Positions 1 to 17,195 of a stretch of DNA of 64,000 bases are shown here, piece after piece. The stretch comes from the human T2T-CHM13v2.0 reference genome, Homo sapiens. The notes under the pieces are model-generated. The model made no database searches, was not told where the DNA came from, and saw only the letters and a program-made list of their open reading frames with translations. Made by a program: the position numbers and the translations under genes. Where the stretch lies: assembly GCF_009914755.1 (NCBI RefSeq), contig NC_060939.1. One strand, written 5' to 3'. The stretch's first letter is position 1, and each line of letters opens with the position of its first letter.

Positions 1-663
1 CAATTTATCTATTTCTTCTTTGGTTAATTGAGTAAAACTAAGCTTATCTACCTCTAAGATACTAGTTGCCTCCCTAAAATCTGATCCATACACTAAGTCT
101 TCCTCAGTGACTCACAGAAGGCAAAATTAGAAACTTCTGGTTCAAATTAAAAGAACTTCTATATTTTAATTTTAATTTGATGTTATAATCCCACTTGGGA
201 AGATGGTAAATAAAGAATTGACAGTAAGAGCCAGTGCTCTCCTCAAGGTCATTTTTTTTCAAATTTGATGGTTTAAATAAACCTATTACCAATTTATAAT
301 TATTCAGTAGTCCGTATAAAATGATGATTGCAGATTAATAATTTGCATGCAGTTTTTCTATAACACCATATACCCACATATTGAACAGAGAAATGTGATA
401 TCCTTGAATCTGAATACCTTGAGATGGTGATGAGTCTGATATGGAAAAAGAATTAGCAATGGTCTTAGAAGTCAAATAATAAAGTGGTTATATAAACAAA
501 CGAAGGCGCCAAACTTCAAAGTCCTATCTTCCCTAACATGTCATGAGTATTTCATTTTAACAAAAGTATAAATAGAAAAAGGTAATTCTTAAAAATAAAA
601 CAATTATTAATAAATTAATCTCCAATCTCTAATCTAGGACATCTAAATTATTACTCATATAAT

Positions 664-5559
<4,896 letters not shown>

Positions 5560-6054
5560 AGGTGTCATATCTTAATTAGTGCATTCCCACTATATGGCAC
5601 TGTGATTGCTCTATAAATATTTGTTGAATAAATGAATGAATATTGCCATCAGATCAATGCCTAAAAGAGTTCTAGGAATACTGGAGAATGGGAGTATTGG
5701 TTAAAATAACGATGGCAGTTGACATTCTAAGGGAAAAGGGCAAGTAAAAGTAGTATGAGGGGAAATGGACTATCAGAAAGCAGCATAATTCATGTATTCA
5801 CTCATTCATTCATTTGACATTTACTATGGGCAAGGCAAATAAGATAATCAAGACATAGTACCTGTCCTCGTAGATCTGTCTTATAATCAAAAGGTGAAGG
5901 TTTGGGGGTGGAGTGTTAAGAACTGGTAGAAAATAGGAGTAAGATACTGTGTCACTAAAGAGTAATTCTAAATCTATTGTTAAAATATAAGGACAGTTTG
6001 GAAGACCACAGCCAGCTGCTTCTGGTCTACTCACACCTTTATAATCTAGGTCTA

Positions 6055-6230
6055 TTAGTGGCATTTCTCAAACTTCAGTATGCATAAGGAGCACCTGGGG
6101 ATCTTGTTAAAGATGCAGAAGTCCCAACTCTGTGGATCCCAGAAGTCCTGATTCCGTAGATCCACGAATCTATATTTTAATAAGCATCACAAGTGATTAT
6201 GATGCTTTTGGTCTGCAGAGCATGCTACTG
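6055..6230. mobile_element. MER5-type (hAT-Charlie) DNA transposon fragment; further MER5 copies at ~11985-12125 and ~48945-49107
   Basis: TTCTCAAACTT...ATCACCTGG..CTTGTTAAA.ATGCAGA...GTGATT.TGATGC pattern. Confidence 0.65.
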
Positions 6231-7379
6231 TAAAGTCCTCAGTCATTCATGTTTTAGTTTTGCCATATCTGAGTTCTACCTATAATATTACTTTCTTAAT
6301 AATTCATGTAATTGCTATATGTGTGTTAATAATTCATTTAAATTGCTATATGTGTGTATTTATACACATATGTATCTTAGCCTTATCCTAAGCAAGGTAT
6401 TTGGTGACTCTTTTAATACATATAAAATAAATACACAACCATTAAAAAGGTCTGTCTCTATCACATCAGCAGATGGGAAACAGTTTGAAAAGCACTGCTC
6501 CAGAGTTTATGCCCTGCAAACACCACATCCTGCATGCAGTCTGATGATATAAATTACATTAAATAACAAAAAGCTCCAGGGCAATGAAGTTCAGCAGAAT
6601 GGTGCTTCAGAAGAGCTAATCATAAAATATTCCAAAAAATTTTTTAATGAATGTTCTAATTATTACAAAATGACATTAAGAAAATTCTCCCCATAACATA
6701 AAAATATTGACTTTTTATTTTAAAAAGTGTTTTGTCTTTTATTCTGGTACTTAACTCTCAGAATATTCTTGAGCTGACACCGGAGCCAACCCCAATAGCT
6801 ACGCCATAGAACTTAACAGCAGTTGGAACAAAATGAAGATACATCTGTGTTCTTGACCCACAATAAAACACTCATCCATTTTATTTAGAATTAAATTTGA
6901 TTAGGACTGATAATTCAGTTCAAAGGTATAAACTTGATAGCTCTTTCTTTTCCTTTAACCCCAAAACAATTTATAATAGTAGGCAAAATTATACAGCACA
7001 AATATCAGGGGAATAATTGTATCTCAGGAAGGTCTATTCCTTAAAGGCTTTGGCAACTCACAACCACAAACAGAAAAAGACAATTAAAATATTTCACCAA
7101 ATTAAAGGTTGTGCTGATATTAAGCCTTTAAAAACAATATTCTCTAAATTATGTTTTCTCTTAAATGGCTAAGAAAATCATTTTCTACCAAAATACTCTT
7201 GAGTGGATGTCTTTTGGATTGTGTGTCACAAGCTAGTTCTATACATGTTTAATTTCTAGTCACATTGAACAAAAACAAAAATGAATGACTGTGGTCCTTC
7301 ATCTCTACATCACTTAAGTCAGCCGGAAATTTACCTTCCTACTTACTGATTTATAAAGCATTTTACCCTGTTTACCCTG

Positions 7380-8190
7380 TTTGGATGACTATTGCAATCA
7401 CCTCCCTACTAGTCTCCCCTGCTTCAGCCTTTTCTCTACAGTCTATTCTCCGCACAGCAGCTTAAGATGCCCTGTTTAAAATGTCAGATCACTCACTCTT
7501 ATGCTCAAAACTCTGCAGACCTTTTCTCAGAGTAAAAGCCAAAGTCTTTTAAATGGCACACCAGGCCCTCTAATACACAATCATCCTATAGCCGGCAGCA
7601 TTAAGACTACTGAACGACTGTAATTTTACTATTAAAATGCTATAATTTAAAAATGTACTCTTAATGATATCTATCACCTTTGCTCACTTTTCAAGAATCA
7701 AATAATTCTTGATCCTACTCCTTAGCCCCTGTCACAGGACTCTTTCCTTGCTCACTTTGCTGCAGTTACAATAGCTTCTTTGCTGTTGATTGCACACACT
7801 GGGCATATTCCAGACACAGGGGCTTTGCATTTGCTGTTGCTTTTCAGAGACTGCTCTTCCCACGTGAATTCATATGGCCCTGGCTCTATCATTTCCTTTA
7901 GGTCTTTGCTCAAACATTATCTACCAGGTGAGCCCTTTCATGATCACCTTACATACAATCCATACTTCCCATCCCCACACATATTTCCTCTCCTCTATTC
8001 CTGTTTTGTTGTCCACCATACCACCTACGATTTGACATTCTGTATCTACTGTTTATCATTTGTTTATCCCACAAGAGGGTGAACTCCTACTGGATGAAGA
8101 TTGTCTATCTGCTTTGTTCACTGCTGTATCCCAGTAACAAGAACAGTGTCTAGCACATAGTAGATGTTCAATAAATATTTGCTTAATGAA
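7380..8190 (+). mobile_element. L2 3' end, interrupted at ~7590-7711 by a copied unique segment
   Basis: L2 blocks (cagagtaaaagccaaagtc; gggctttgcatttgctg; gttcactgctgtatccc...caataaatatttg..aatgaa). Confidence 0.75.
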
Positions 8191-8983
8191 CAGTGAGTAC
8201 TACTCCAACTCTAGAACTTTCAGTCTTAACCTTATTAAGAGCTAAAAGGCATCCCCCAATTTCCGGGTGGCATTTGACTTTTGTGAACTTATATGCAGTA
8301 TCTTTTGTTTGACACATGGTTCCCTCTGATTTTTCTTAGATGATAGTAACACGAAAGGAAAATTCCTAACCAGTGCGCAAGAAAGAAGAAAATCAACCAT
8401 GCATAACACTGATTTTAGATAATATCTTATCCATAAACCAACAGAGAAAATGCCTTCTGAATTTGTAGCTTCTCCTCTTAAACCTACGGAAAATAAACTG
8501 AATATTTGTTGCCTTTGCCGGGGTCGGGGGGCGAGAAGGGGGCCAGGAGAGACGTGAAAGCCCAGGAGCCCTTCTTCAACAGCATCAACTCTTGTGTACT
8601 CCAACTTACTTTTTTTGAGGGGGTGGGCATCGTTCGAGGTCTCTGCCAGGGGGTGTCTGTTTTTCACCCTTTGAGGTGCCTATTGTGCTGTCTTGAGAAC
8701 GAGGAGAGGTGGGTGAGGAGGGGGTAAGAAAGGATGCTGCTTGCGGCTCCAACTGCCTCCGAACACAAAGTCGGGAGGCGAGGGATCCGCGCGGATGTCT
8801 CGGGGGCCAGCGGGCGCCCGGGCCGCGCGCTCGGATCGCAGCCTCGGCCCCGGGGTGCCGGCGGGACGCGGGCTGCGCGGACTTAGGCCCGGACAGAGCC
8901 CCATGGCCTCCCGGCGGCCGGGCACGGGGCCCCGCGCACCTCACTCACCCCGGTTCCCCCAATCCGGCACCCTTCTCGGTTAC

Positions 8984-9032
8984 CTCGAACTCTCTTCAGC
9001 GAAATGGGATCCTTCTCCTGTTCTGCTGACAT
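8984..9032 (-). CDS. PYGO1: PYGO1 (pygopus family PHD finger 1), proximal alternative first coding exon, MSAEQEKDPISLKRVR(G); downstream exons lie beyond the left edge of the window
   Basis: ATG at 9032-9030, then 16 codons + 1 nt and donor GAG|GTAACC at 8983. The peptide matches the PYGO1 N-terminus as I recall it. Lies inside a CpG island. Confidence 0.93.
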
Positions 9033-9333
9033 TACAGACCGCAAAGCATGACTCCCCCCCAGGCCGCGGGAATTCGGTCTCTTTGATGCTGCGGCGGCGG
9101 CTCCTCCTCCTCGCGGGGCCGCTGCGGCTGCGAGGCAAGCCTCGGAGCCGAGGCACGGCCGAGGGCGGTGGGGACGCGGGCCGACTTTGCAAAGTTTGGG
9201 AGGAGGACGAGGCCTCGGGGCGGCGGGGCGGCGGGGCGGCGTGCGGGCACCGGCGGGGCTCAGCGGCGGTGGCCGGGAGCGCGGCCTGGGGGCGGCCCCC
9301 CACCCGGGGCCGGCATGTGCTGAGGGCGAGTGC

Positions 9334-9351
9334 GCCGCCGCCGCCGCCGCC
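9334..9351 (-). repeat. (GGC)6 trinucleotide repeat upstream of the proximal PYGO1 ATG
   Basis: gccgccgccgccgccgcc on the + strand. Confidence 0.9.
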
Positions 9352-9952
9352 TCCTCCCACTCCTTCTTCTTCGCCGCCGCCTCAGGAGCCGCTGACAGGG
9401 GAAGCAGGAGGCTCGCGGCCCGGCCCTGGCGGCACACTCACAGCGCCCTCTGAGGAGGAGGTCTGCTCTCTCGCCGCTCCCGAGTCGCAGACACAAAAGC
9501 CCCCAGACTGGAGCCGCCTGTAAAACCCGCTCTGGGGCGGGCGAGGGACGTGGCGCGGCCCCGCGGCTTCCCCGCCCTGAGCTCCCCAGCCCCGCGCGGG
9601 GACGGGCTTCGGGGGGCGGGGGCCGCTGCCTCGTCCCGCGGCGCCTCCCGCCACCGCCGCCGCCTCGCGCTCCGCCTCGGCCCAGCCCCCACGGCCCGCG
9701 CGCGCCTCTTGCTCCAAGCCGGGGCTCGCGGGCCCGCGGCTCTTGCAGCCCGGGTGGGCAGCGCGCGCCTAGGGGCCGCCCCGCCCCGCGCCCGGCGCTC
9801 CCTCGCCGACCGCCAGGCCCGAGAACGCCCGACCCCGCGGCCGACGCTACCGGGCCCAGCTTTCGCAAGGAAAGGGCATCTCCGAACTTCGTCGGAGGCC
9901 ACAGCAGCAGGCGTCTCGGCCTCGCAGCTAGGGATCGGAAAGATGAACGTAC

Positions 9953-10001
9953 CATGCGAGGAAACTTTGTAAGCGGGAGCTGGAGAGTTCTCGGCGGGCA
10001 T
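9953..10001 (-). CDS. PYGO1: PYGO1 distal alternative first coding exon, MPAENSPAPAYKVSSH(G)
   Basis: ATG at 10001-9999, 49 coding nt, donor ATG|GTACGT at 9952. Same phase (1) as the other first exon. The peptide matches the alternative human PYGO1 N-terminus as I recall it. Confidence 0.88.
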
Positions 10002-11105
10002 GTGGGGATCCAGATTCCCCGACTCCGTGTCCGCGTGGCCGTGGTGTGGACACCTGTCTGTGGAATGCCTCCACTTGGTATTTTAACGACTTGACTCTTC
10101 AAGAAAGAGCGACGTAGAATAAATACCAGAAAGGACGGTGGGCGGGGGAGGGGGGAGCGTGGGTAGAAGCGGTGACGCGGCTGGATCTCATTTAGACGTT
10201 AAATTTTAGGAGGAACACCCCCAGTGTGATTGTAAATTAGATGTGATCACCGGTCCACATTCTTCAGTTGGGCTGTGTGACCGGAGGCGACTTAGGTAAC
10301 CTCTCTGGGTCTCAGTTTTCTTGTCTATAAAAGGCAGTGGGGCTACATCTCGAAGGTCTCTTCTAGCTCCGACATTGTTTAACGCACTTCTACGAAATTG
10401 TTTTCCCTGGTTTTTGTTTTTTGTTTTTTGTTTTTGTTTTTGTTTTGCTAGGTTTTCTGGTTATCCACTGGGCTTATTTTGATGTAAGAATCACCGAAAA
10501 GCACTCATGAAGCGTGGGAGGACACAGAACTAGCTACAGACAGGAGTCTCGTCCTTCCGGAGACAGACACCCAACTCATTCAGCTGCACAGTGTCACAGA
10601 GAACAGATGTTAACATGAAGCCAATGTACAGCCTCAACAGCTGCATACCAGACAATCGCCACAGCGGCTGATCGTCGTTAAGACATAGCGTGGCCGGAGG
10701 CAAATGTTACCCTTTATCTAATAAGGGTGGTCTGGAATTATGGAATTCCTGATTAGAAGAGTCAGACTAGGACAGGCTAAGGAAAATATTCTTACAGGAA
10801 GCACTCTGAGGAGAAGGTTCCTCCTAACTAGAATGTAAGCGCCATGCAGGCAGGAATTTTGACTGGCTCACTGCTGTATCCTCTGGTACCTAATACTGAG
10901 TAACACATAGTAAGTGTTCGGGAAAATATTCATTGATGTATGAATAAAGAGATTTGAAGTGGCCCTGGGACGACTGGGGTGGCAGGGCTTTGGTAAGTGT
11001 AATAAAGCCGAAGCAAATGGTAATATAATAAAGCAGATTGGGGGCCGGGCGCGGTGGCTCACGCCTGTAATCCCGGCACTTTGGGAGGCCGAGGCAGGCG
11101 GATCA

Positions 11106-11384
<279 letters not shown>

Positions 11385-12694
11385 TTATAGGGTGGTTGGA
11401 GGAAAATTTGAAAGCACTTTGGTAAGTCAACAAAGAAATGAAGGCCAGCTGTGGTGGCTCACGCCTGTAAATCCCAACACTTTGGGAGGTTGAGGCGGGA
11501 GGATCACTTTAGCCCAGGAATTTGAGACCAGCCTGGGTAACAAAGCTAGACCCTTCTCTACAAAATAATTTTTAAAAATTAGCCAGGCGTGGTGGCACCG
11601 GCCTGTAGTCCCAACTACTCAGGAAACTGAGGCAAGAAGATCCCTTAAGCCCAGGAGTTCAAGGTTGCAGTGAGCGATGATTACACCACTACACTTCATC
11701 CTGGTTAACAGAGCAAGCAAGACCCTGTCCCCCCTCCAGAAAAATATGGAAATGACATATTTTCATTTTATAACTCTTAGTGGAAGGAGAATGGTTCAGA
11801 AAAATCATTGCTAAGAGATTTTGAGTTCTTTATTGTAATTCCCTAAAGCTAGAGACTCAGAAATAGCATGAAAATCAAGAGAAATGAATTGGCTTCTTTT
11901 TAATGATTCATCAAGAATAAAAAGACCATCTTACTTGGGCATAGTCTTTTAAATCGATTTTACTTCCAAATCTTGATGGCTTCCTTGCACATAATCAGAA
12001 TTACCTGGAGAGCATTCCAAAATTTCAGATTCCTAAGTCCCTCCCCAGATTTACTAGAGTCAGAATCCCTAGACGTCTGTTTTTAAAGGCTCTCTAGGTG
12101 ATTCAAAAGCAATGAGCAGATTTGATGACTTGCATTTATCAGCCATTTGGTATAAAACATTGTCACCCAAAGATTGTATACAGAGATTGAGACAATGGTT
12201 CCTGTCCTTAAGAAGTTCACAGTTTAGGGCAGGAAGTAGAGGTTTAAGGTAACATGAACAATGCAAAATGCCAAGCACTGCAATAGACTACCGTGTCAGC
12301 AGAGGACAGAAACCCTCCACTCAGCTTGGGAGGCAGGTAGCTGATGATGTTTTTAGGAGAGCCTTAAAAAGAACATATAGGAGGCCGGGCACAGTACCTC
12401 ATGCCTGTAATCCCAGCACTTTGGGAGGCCGAGGTGAGTGAATCACGAGGTCAGGAGTTCAAGACCAGCCTGGCCAAGACGGTGAAACCCCGTCTCTACT
12501 AAAAACACACCAAAAAGCCAGGCATGGTGGTGGGTGCCTGTAATCCTAGCTACTCGGGAGGCTGAGGCAGAGAATTGCTTGAACCCAGGAGGCAGAGGTT
12601 GCAGTGAGCCAAGATTGTGCCACTGCATTCCAGCCTGGACGACAGAGAGAGACTCTGTCTCAAAAAAAAAAAAAAAAAAAAAAGAACATGTAGG

Positions 12695-12900
12695 AGTTGT
12701 TACCAGGGGTTGAGGATAAAGGTTAGGTAATGAGGAGTTACTGTTTAATGAGTACAGTATTTCAGTTTGGGATATTGAAAATTTTCTGGAGATGGATAGT
12801 GGTAATAGTTACACAACAATGTGAATGTAATTAATGCCACTAAATTGTATTTGATGGCTAAAATGGTAAATTTTATGTTATATGTATTTTACCATAAAAT
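12695..12900 (+). mobile_element. Old L1 (L1MB/MC-like) 3' end
   Basis: ...ctggagatggatagtggt..ttacacaacaatgtgaatgta.ttaatgccact...aaatggtaaattttatgttatatgtattttacca. Confidence 0.8.
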
Positions 12901-13272
12901 GGTTGAGGTGAGAACATGTAGAAAATAAAATGGATTGCAAGGGCAAATGGAGTCTTGTAATCAGAGGGAACAGAGTTTCCAAAGGACAAGAAGGGTGAAA
13001 ACGTATGAATCTTTTGGAGACTGTAAGTAGTTAGGACTGGCTGGAGCATAAGGTACCTTTTGAGAAGTGGCAGGAGCTGATTTTGAGGAAGTAGACAAGA
13101 GGCCAGACCTCTGAAGGGCATTGCATGCCACACCAAGAATGTTTGATTTTATCCTGAAAGCAATGGAGAAACATTGATGAGTTTAAGCAGGTGAGTGACA
13201 TGTTTAGGTCTGAATTTTAGAAAGATCATTCTGGCTACTAGGTGAAAGATGGATTAGAGAGGCACAGAACAT

Positions 13273-13968
13273 TAGTATCTTAGTCTATTTGTGCTGCTAT
13301 AACAGAGCACCACAGACTGGGTAATTTTTAAAGAACAGAAATGTATTCCTCACAGTTCTGGAGGGTAAGAACTCTTAAGATTAAGGTGCTGGCATCTGGT
13401 GAGAGCTGCTCTCTGCTTCCAAGATGGTGCTTTGAACACTATGTCCTCCGGAAGGAAGGAACACTGTGTCCTTACAAGGCAGAAGCTAGAAGGGCAAAAA
13501 AGAGCACATTCCCTTTATGAAGCCCCTTTAGAAGGGCACCTAATCCCATTCATGAGGGAGGAATCCGCATGGTCTAACCACCTCTTAAAAGCAACACATC
13601 CTGGCCAGGCGCGGTGGCTCACGCATGTAATCCCAGCACTTTGGGAGGCCGAGGCAGGCAAATCACGAGGTCAGGAGATCGAGACCATCCTGGCTACCAT
13701 GGTGAAACCCCGTCTCTACTAAAAATACAAAAAATTAGCCAGGCGTGGTGGCAGGTGCCTCTAGTCCCAGCTACTCAGGAGGCTGAGGCAGGAGAATGGC
13801 GTGAACCCGGGAGGCAGAGCTTGCAGTGAGCCGAGATTGCGCAACTGCACTCCAGCCTGGGCGACAGAGCAAGACTCTGTCTCAAAAAGAAAAAAAAAAC
13901 CAACACCTCCTAACACTATCATATTGTCAACACCTGAATTTTGGAGCAGATACATTCAAATCATACCA
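13273..13968 (-). mobile_element. MaLR LTR (MST-like) split by an Alu
   Basis: gtatcttagtc..ttgtgctgctataacag..accacagactgggtaatt...cacagttctggagg...ttccaagatgg. The Alu at 13603-13899 has a TSD ~aaaa.caacac.tcct. Confidence 0.75.
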
Positions 13969-13981
13969 ATTAGAAATTATA

Positions 13982-14707
13982 ATGTAGCCAACAAGCATAT
14001 GAAAAAAAGCTCAACATCACTGATCACTAGAGAAATGAAAATCAAAACCACAATGAGATACCGTCTCACACCAGTCAGAACAGCTATTATTAAAAAGTCA
14101 AATTTATACTCCCACCAGCGGTGTATAAGCATTCCTTTTTCTCTGCAACCCCAGAACTACCATTTGACCCAGCAATCTCTTTACTGGGTATATACCCAAA
14201 GGAAAATAAATCATTCTGTCATACAGACACATGCACACATATGTTCATTGCAGCACTGTTCACAATAGCAAAGACATGGAATCAACCTAAATGCCCATCA
14301 ATGATAGACCAGATAAAGAAAATGTGGTACATATACACCATGGAATACTACGCAGCCATAAAAAGAACAAGACCATGTCCTTTGCAGGAACATAGATGGA
14401 GTGTAGGCCATTATCCTTAGCAAACTAACACAGGAACAGAAAACCAGACACCACATGTTCTCATTTATGAGTGGGAGCTAAATGATGAGAACACATAGAT
14501 ACATAGAGGGGAATAAGAGACACTGGGGCCTACCAGGTGGTGGAGGGTGGGAGGAGGGAGAGGATCAGAAATAATAACTGTTGGGTACTAGGCTTAATAC
14601 CTGGCTGATGAAATAATCTGTACAACAAACCCCCATGACACAGGTTTACCTAAATAACAAAACTGCACATGTACCCCTGAACTTAAAAGTTAAAAAAATT
14701 AAAAAAG
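13982..14707 (+). mobile_element. 5'-truncated primate L1 (L1PA/PB) 3' end with an internal 50-bp inversion
   Basis: L1 ORF2 C-terminus and 3'UTR sequence, A-rich tail, TSD gaaattata (13973-13981 / 14708-14716). Confidence 0.9.
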
Positions 14708-15961
14708 GAAATTATAGAGAAAATGAGGTAAGAGATGGATGAGGGCCTTCTACATTGAAGTGGGGTAGTGGAGAGGAAGCATAAGGAATGGTGGTAACAA
14801 CTGACAACGTGGTAATTGTTTAGATGGGGAAGGTGAAGGACAAATCAGGAATTTGCTCCCAGACTTGTTTTAGGTGACACAGAATACAGGGAGACATTTG
14901 ATGGTGGTAATAGTTGGTGAAGTGGGATGATGATGAGCTTAGTTTCGGACACCTGAGTCTGCGATGTCTCTCTTAAAAATACAAAAAATTAGCCGGGCGT
15001 GGTGGCGGGCACCTGTAGTCCCAGCTACTCAGGAGGCTGAGGCAGGAGGACAGCGTGAATCCTGTAGGCGGAGCTTGCAGTGAGCCAAGAACGCGCCACT
15101 GCACTCCAGCCTAGGCGACAGAGCAAGACTCAAAAAAAAAAAAAAAAAAAAACAGGCAATGAACTGGATTTGGCCCACACATGGTAGTTTGCTGACCCCT
15201 GGGCTAGAACATGGGCTATATAAAGGACTCTGGAGCTCAGATGACAGGCCTAGGCTGCAGATACACATGAAGGAGACATTACCTAAGAATGGATAAACTC
15301 ATCAAGGACCAAAGAAAAATAAGAGCCAAGAACAGAATGCAAGGAAATGATGACAGTTTAAAAGGTTAACAAAGATAGAGGAGGCTGTAAAGGAAATCAT
15401 GAAAGAATGACAAAGAAAACAGGACTGTTAGGGCAATAAAGAAAAGGAAGAAACAGTATCACATGCTGCGGAAAGAAGTACTCATTTCTATCATCAGTCA
15501 TCCTTGGCCTGGCATCTACTGAACTTTTTGGTTTTCTTATATTTTAAAGTATTGATTTTATAGTCTGCTTTTAATATTTTTCATCTCAAATTTTGCATGT
15601 TTTTATTGTGGATGGTTGCGTGATGCAATGTTTAAGCACTCAGCCTCTAATCTAAGTTGGTTTCGATTAACATGTACACTTTAAAAAAAAAAAGGAAAAT
15701 ATTTCTGTAAGTTCTATTTTAAAACATTTGCAATCACAGATTTGTATTACATTGAATGGAAATAAAAATCAAATCCAATCTAGATGTTTGGAAGTTTTGC
15801 AAATTGGTTTGAATCCTTTCATGTTGTAATTGAAGCTGCAGCCAGTTTAGCAAACTCTAGCCATCGGCCAATCATATCCAGGAGCCTTTCGTTGACAAAT
15901 ATAGTGCTATCAAAAGCTCAAAGTTGAGGGCAATAACAACAGCAAACTTTGGAAGATGGTT

Positions 15962-16600
15962 TGTATTAATCAGGATTCCATCAGGACACAAGGGGCACAC
16001 AGTTTGAATGGAGAAAGTTTAATATAAAGGATTATTAACTATACCAAGGGATTGAAGTAGTAAGGGATTAGTATGAAGTGAAGTGAGGGACAGTATGAAG
16101 TAAAGAGAATGCTAAAGTATTTGAGAAAAACAGATATAAGGAGCAGGCACTATCCTTAAAACTAAGATAAAGCACCTAAAGAAGAGGTCCCCCTCCTCTC
16201 CAGGCTAAGATCCTGACCTTACCGGTGAGTGCACAGCTGCGGCTCACTGGATGCCAGAGAAGCTGCTGTGGTGCTACCTTCTGAGGGGAGTGCCAAAGGA
16301 AGATGCCCTGGGTGCTGCCGGCATTGCAGAGCCTGGCACTGATGTTGCCAGCACTGCAGGACCTGGAAGGAGGCTATGAATGCTGCAGAAACCCGTTCAG
16401 AGGAACAACCGAAACAGGAAGGAAAGCAAAAGCCCCTTACTCTTATAATGTCTCTCCAGCACCTTCTACTGACAAAGTTTAACATCATGCCAGCTGGCAA
16501 AGGCAAAATATTAATATTTAGAGTCCAGCTCCATTTTTGCAGAGCAGGCAAGGAAGGATAAATTTGGAGTTGAGAGGCAATAAATTTATTATTGACACAA
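15962..16600. mobile_element. Probable ERVL/MaLR-class LTR remnant
   Basis: Begins TGTATTAATCAGG and ends ...TGACACA, with LTR-like internal composition. Family not determined. Confidence 0.45.
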
Positions 16601-16814
16601 TGATGGTGTGTACTTTAGCCTAGCAAAGCTTGTAAGGGACCTCATATCAATAAGCACCTTTGGTTCTGGAATATACTACGTCATAAAATGGTGCCTCCCA
16701 AATATTTGCTGTCATGCCCTAAATACATGTTTATTTTCTATATTATGAAATATGGGACAAAGTTTTACTTCAGAATACTTTTGATCTTATTCTCTTTAGC
16801 CTTTCTTTTTTTGA

Positions 16815-17195
<381 letters not shown>

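Larger units (their letters stand above)
8740..10200. promoter_or_regulatory. PYGO1: CpG island / PYGO1 promoter and 5'UTR
   Basis: Very GC- and CpG-rich stretch inside AT-rich flanks. GC boxes (GGGGCGGG at ~9534, ~9613, ~9779). No clear TATA box on the minus strand. Confidence 0.93.

Noticed and set aside
8606-10102. Many long overlapping ORFs (up to 280 aa) on both strands of the CpG island
   Set aside because: Low-complexity Arg/Pro/Gly/Ala translations expected from stop-poor GC-rich DNA, and most start at non-ATG codons. Only the two 49-nt exons have recognisable coding identity.
15720-15960. Complex unique-looking stretch with a CCAAT box, possible pseudogene or ancient element
   Set aside because: I could not recognise any protein or RNA family. 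It needs a BLAST/Dfam search, so no call is made.
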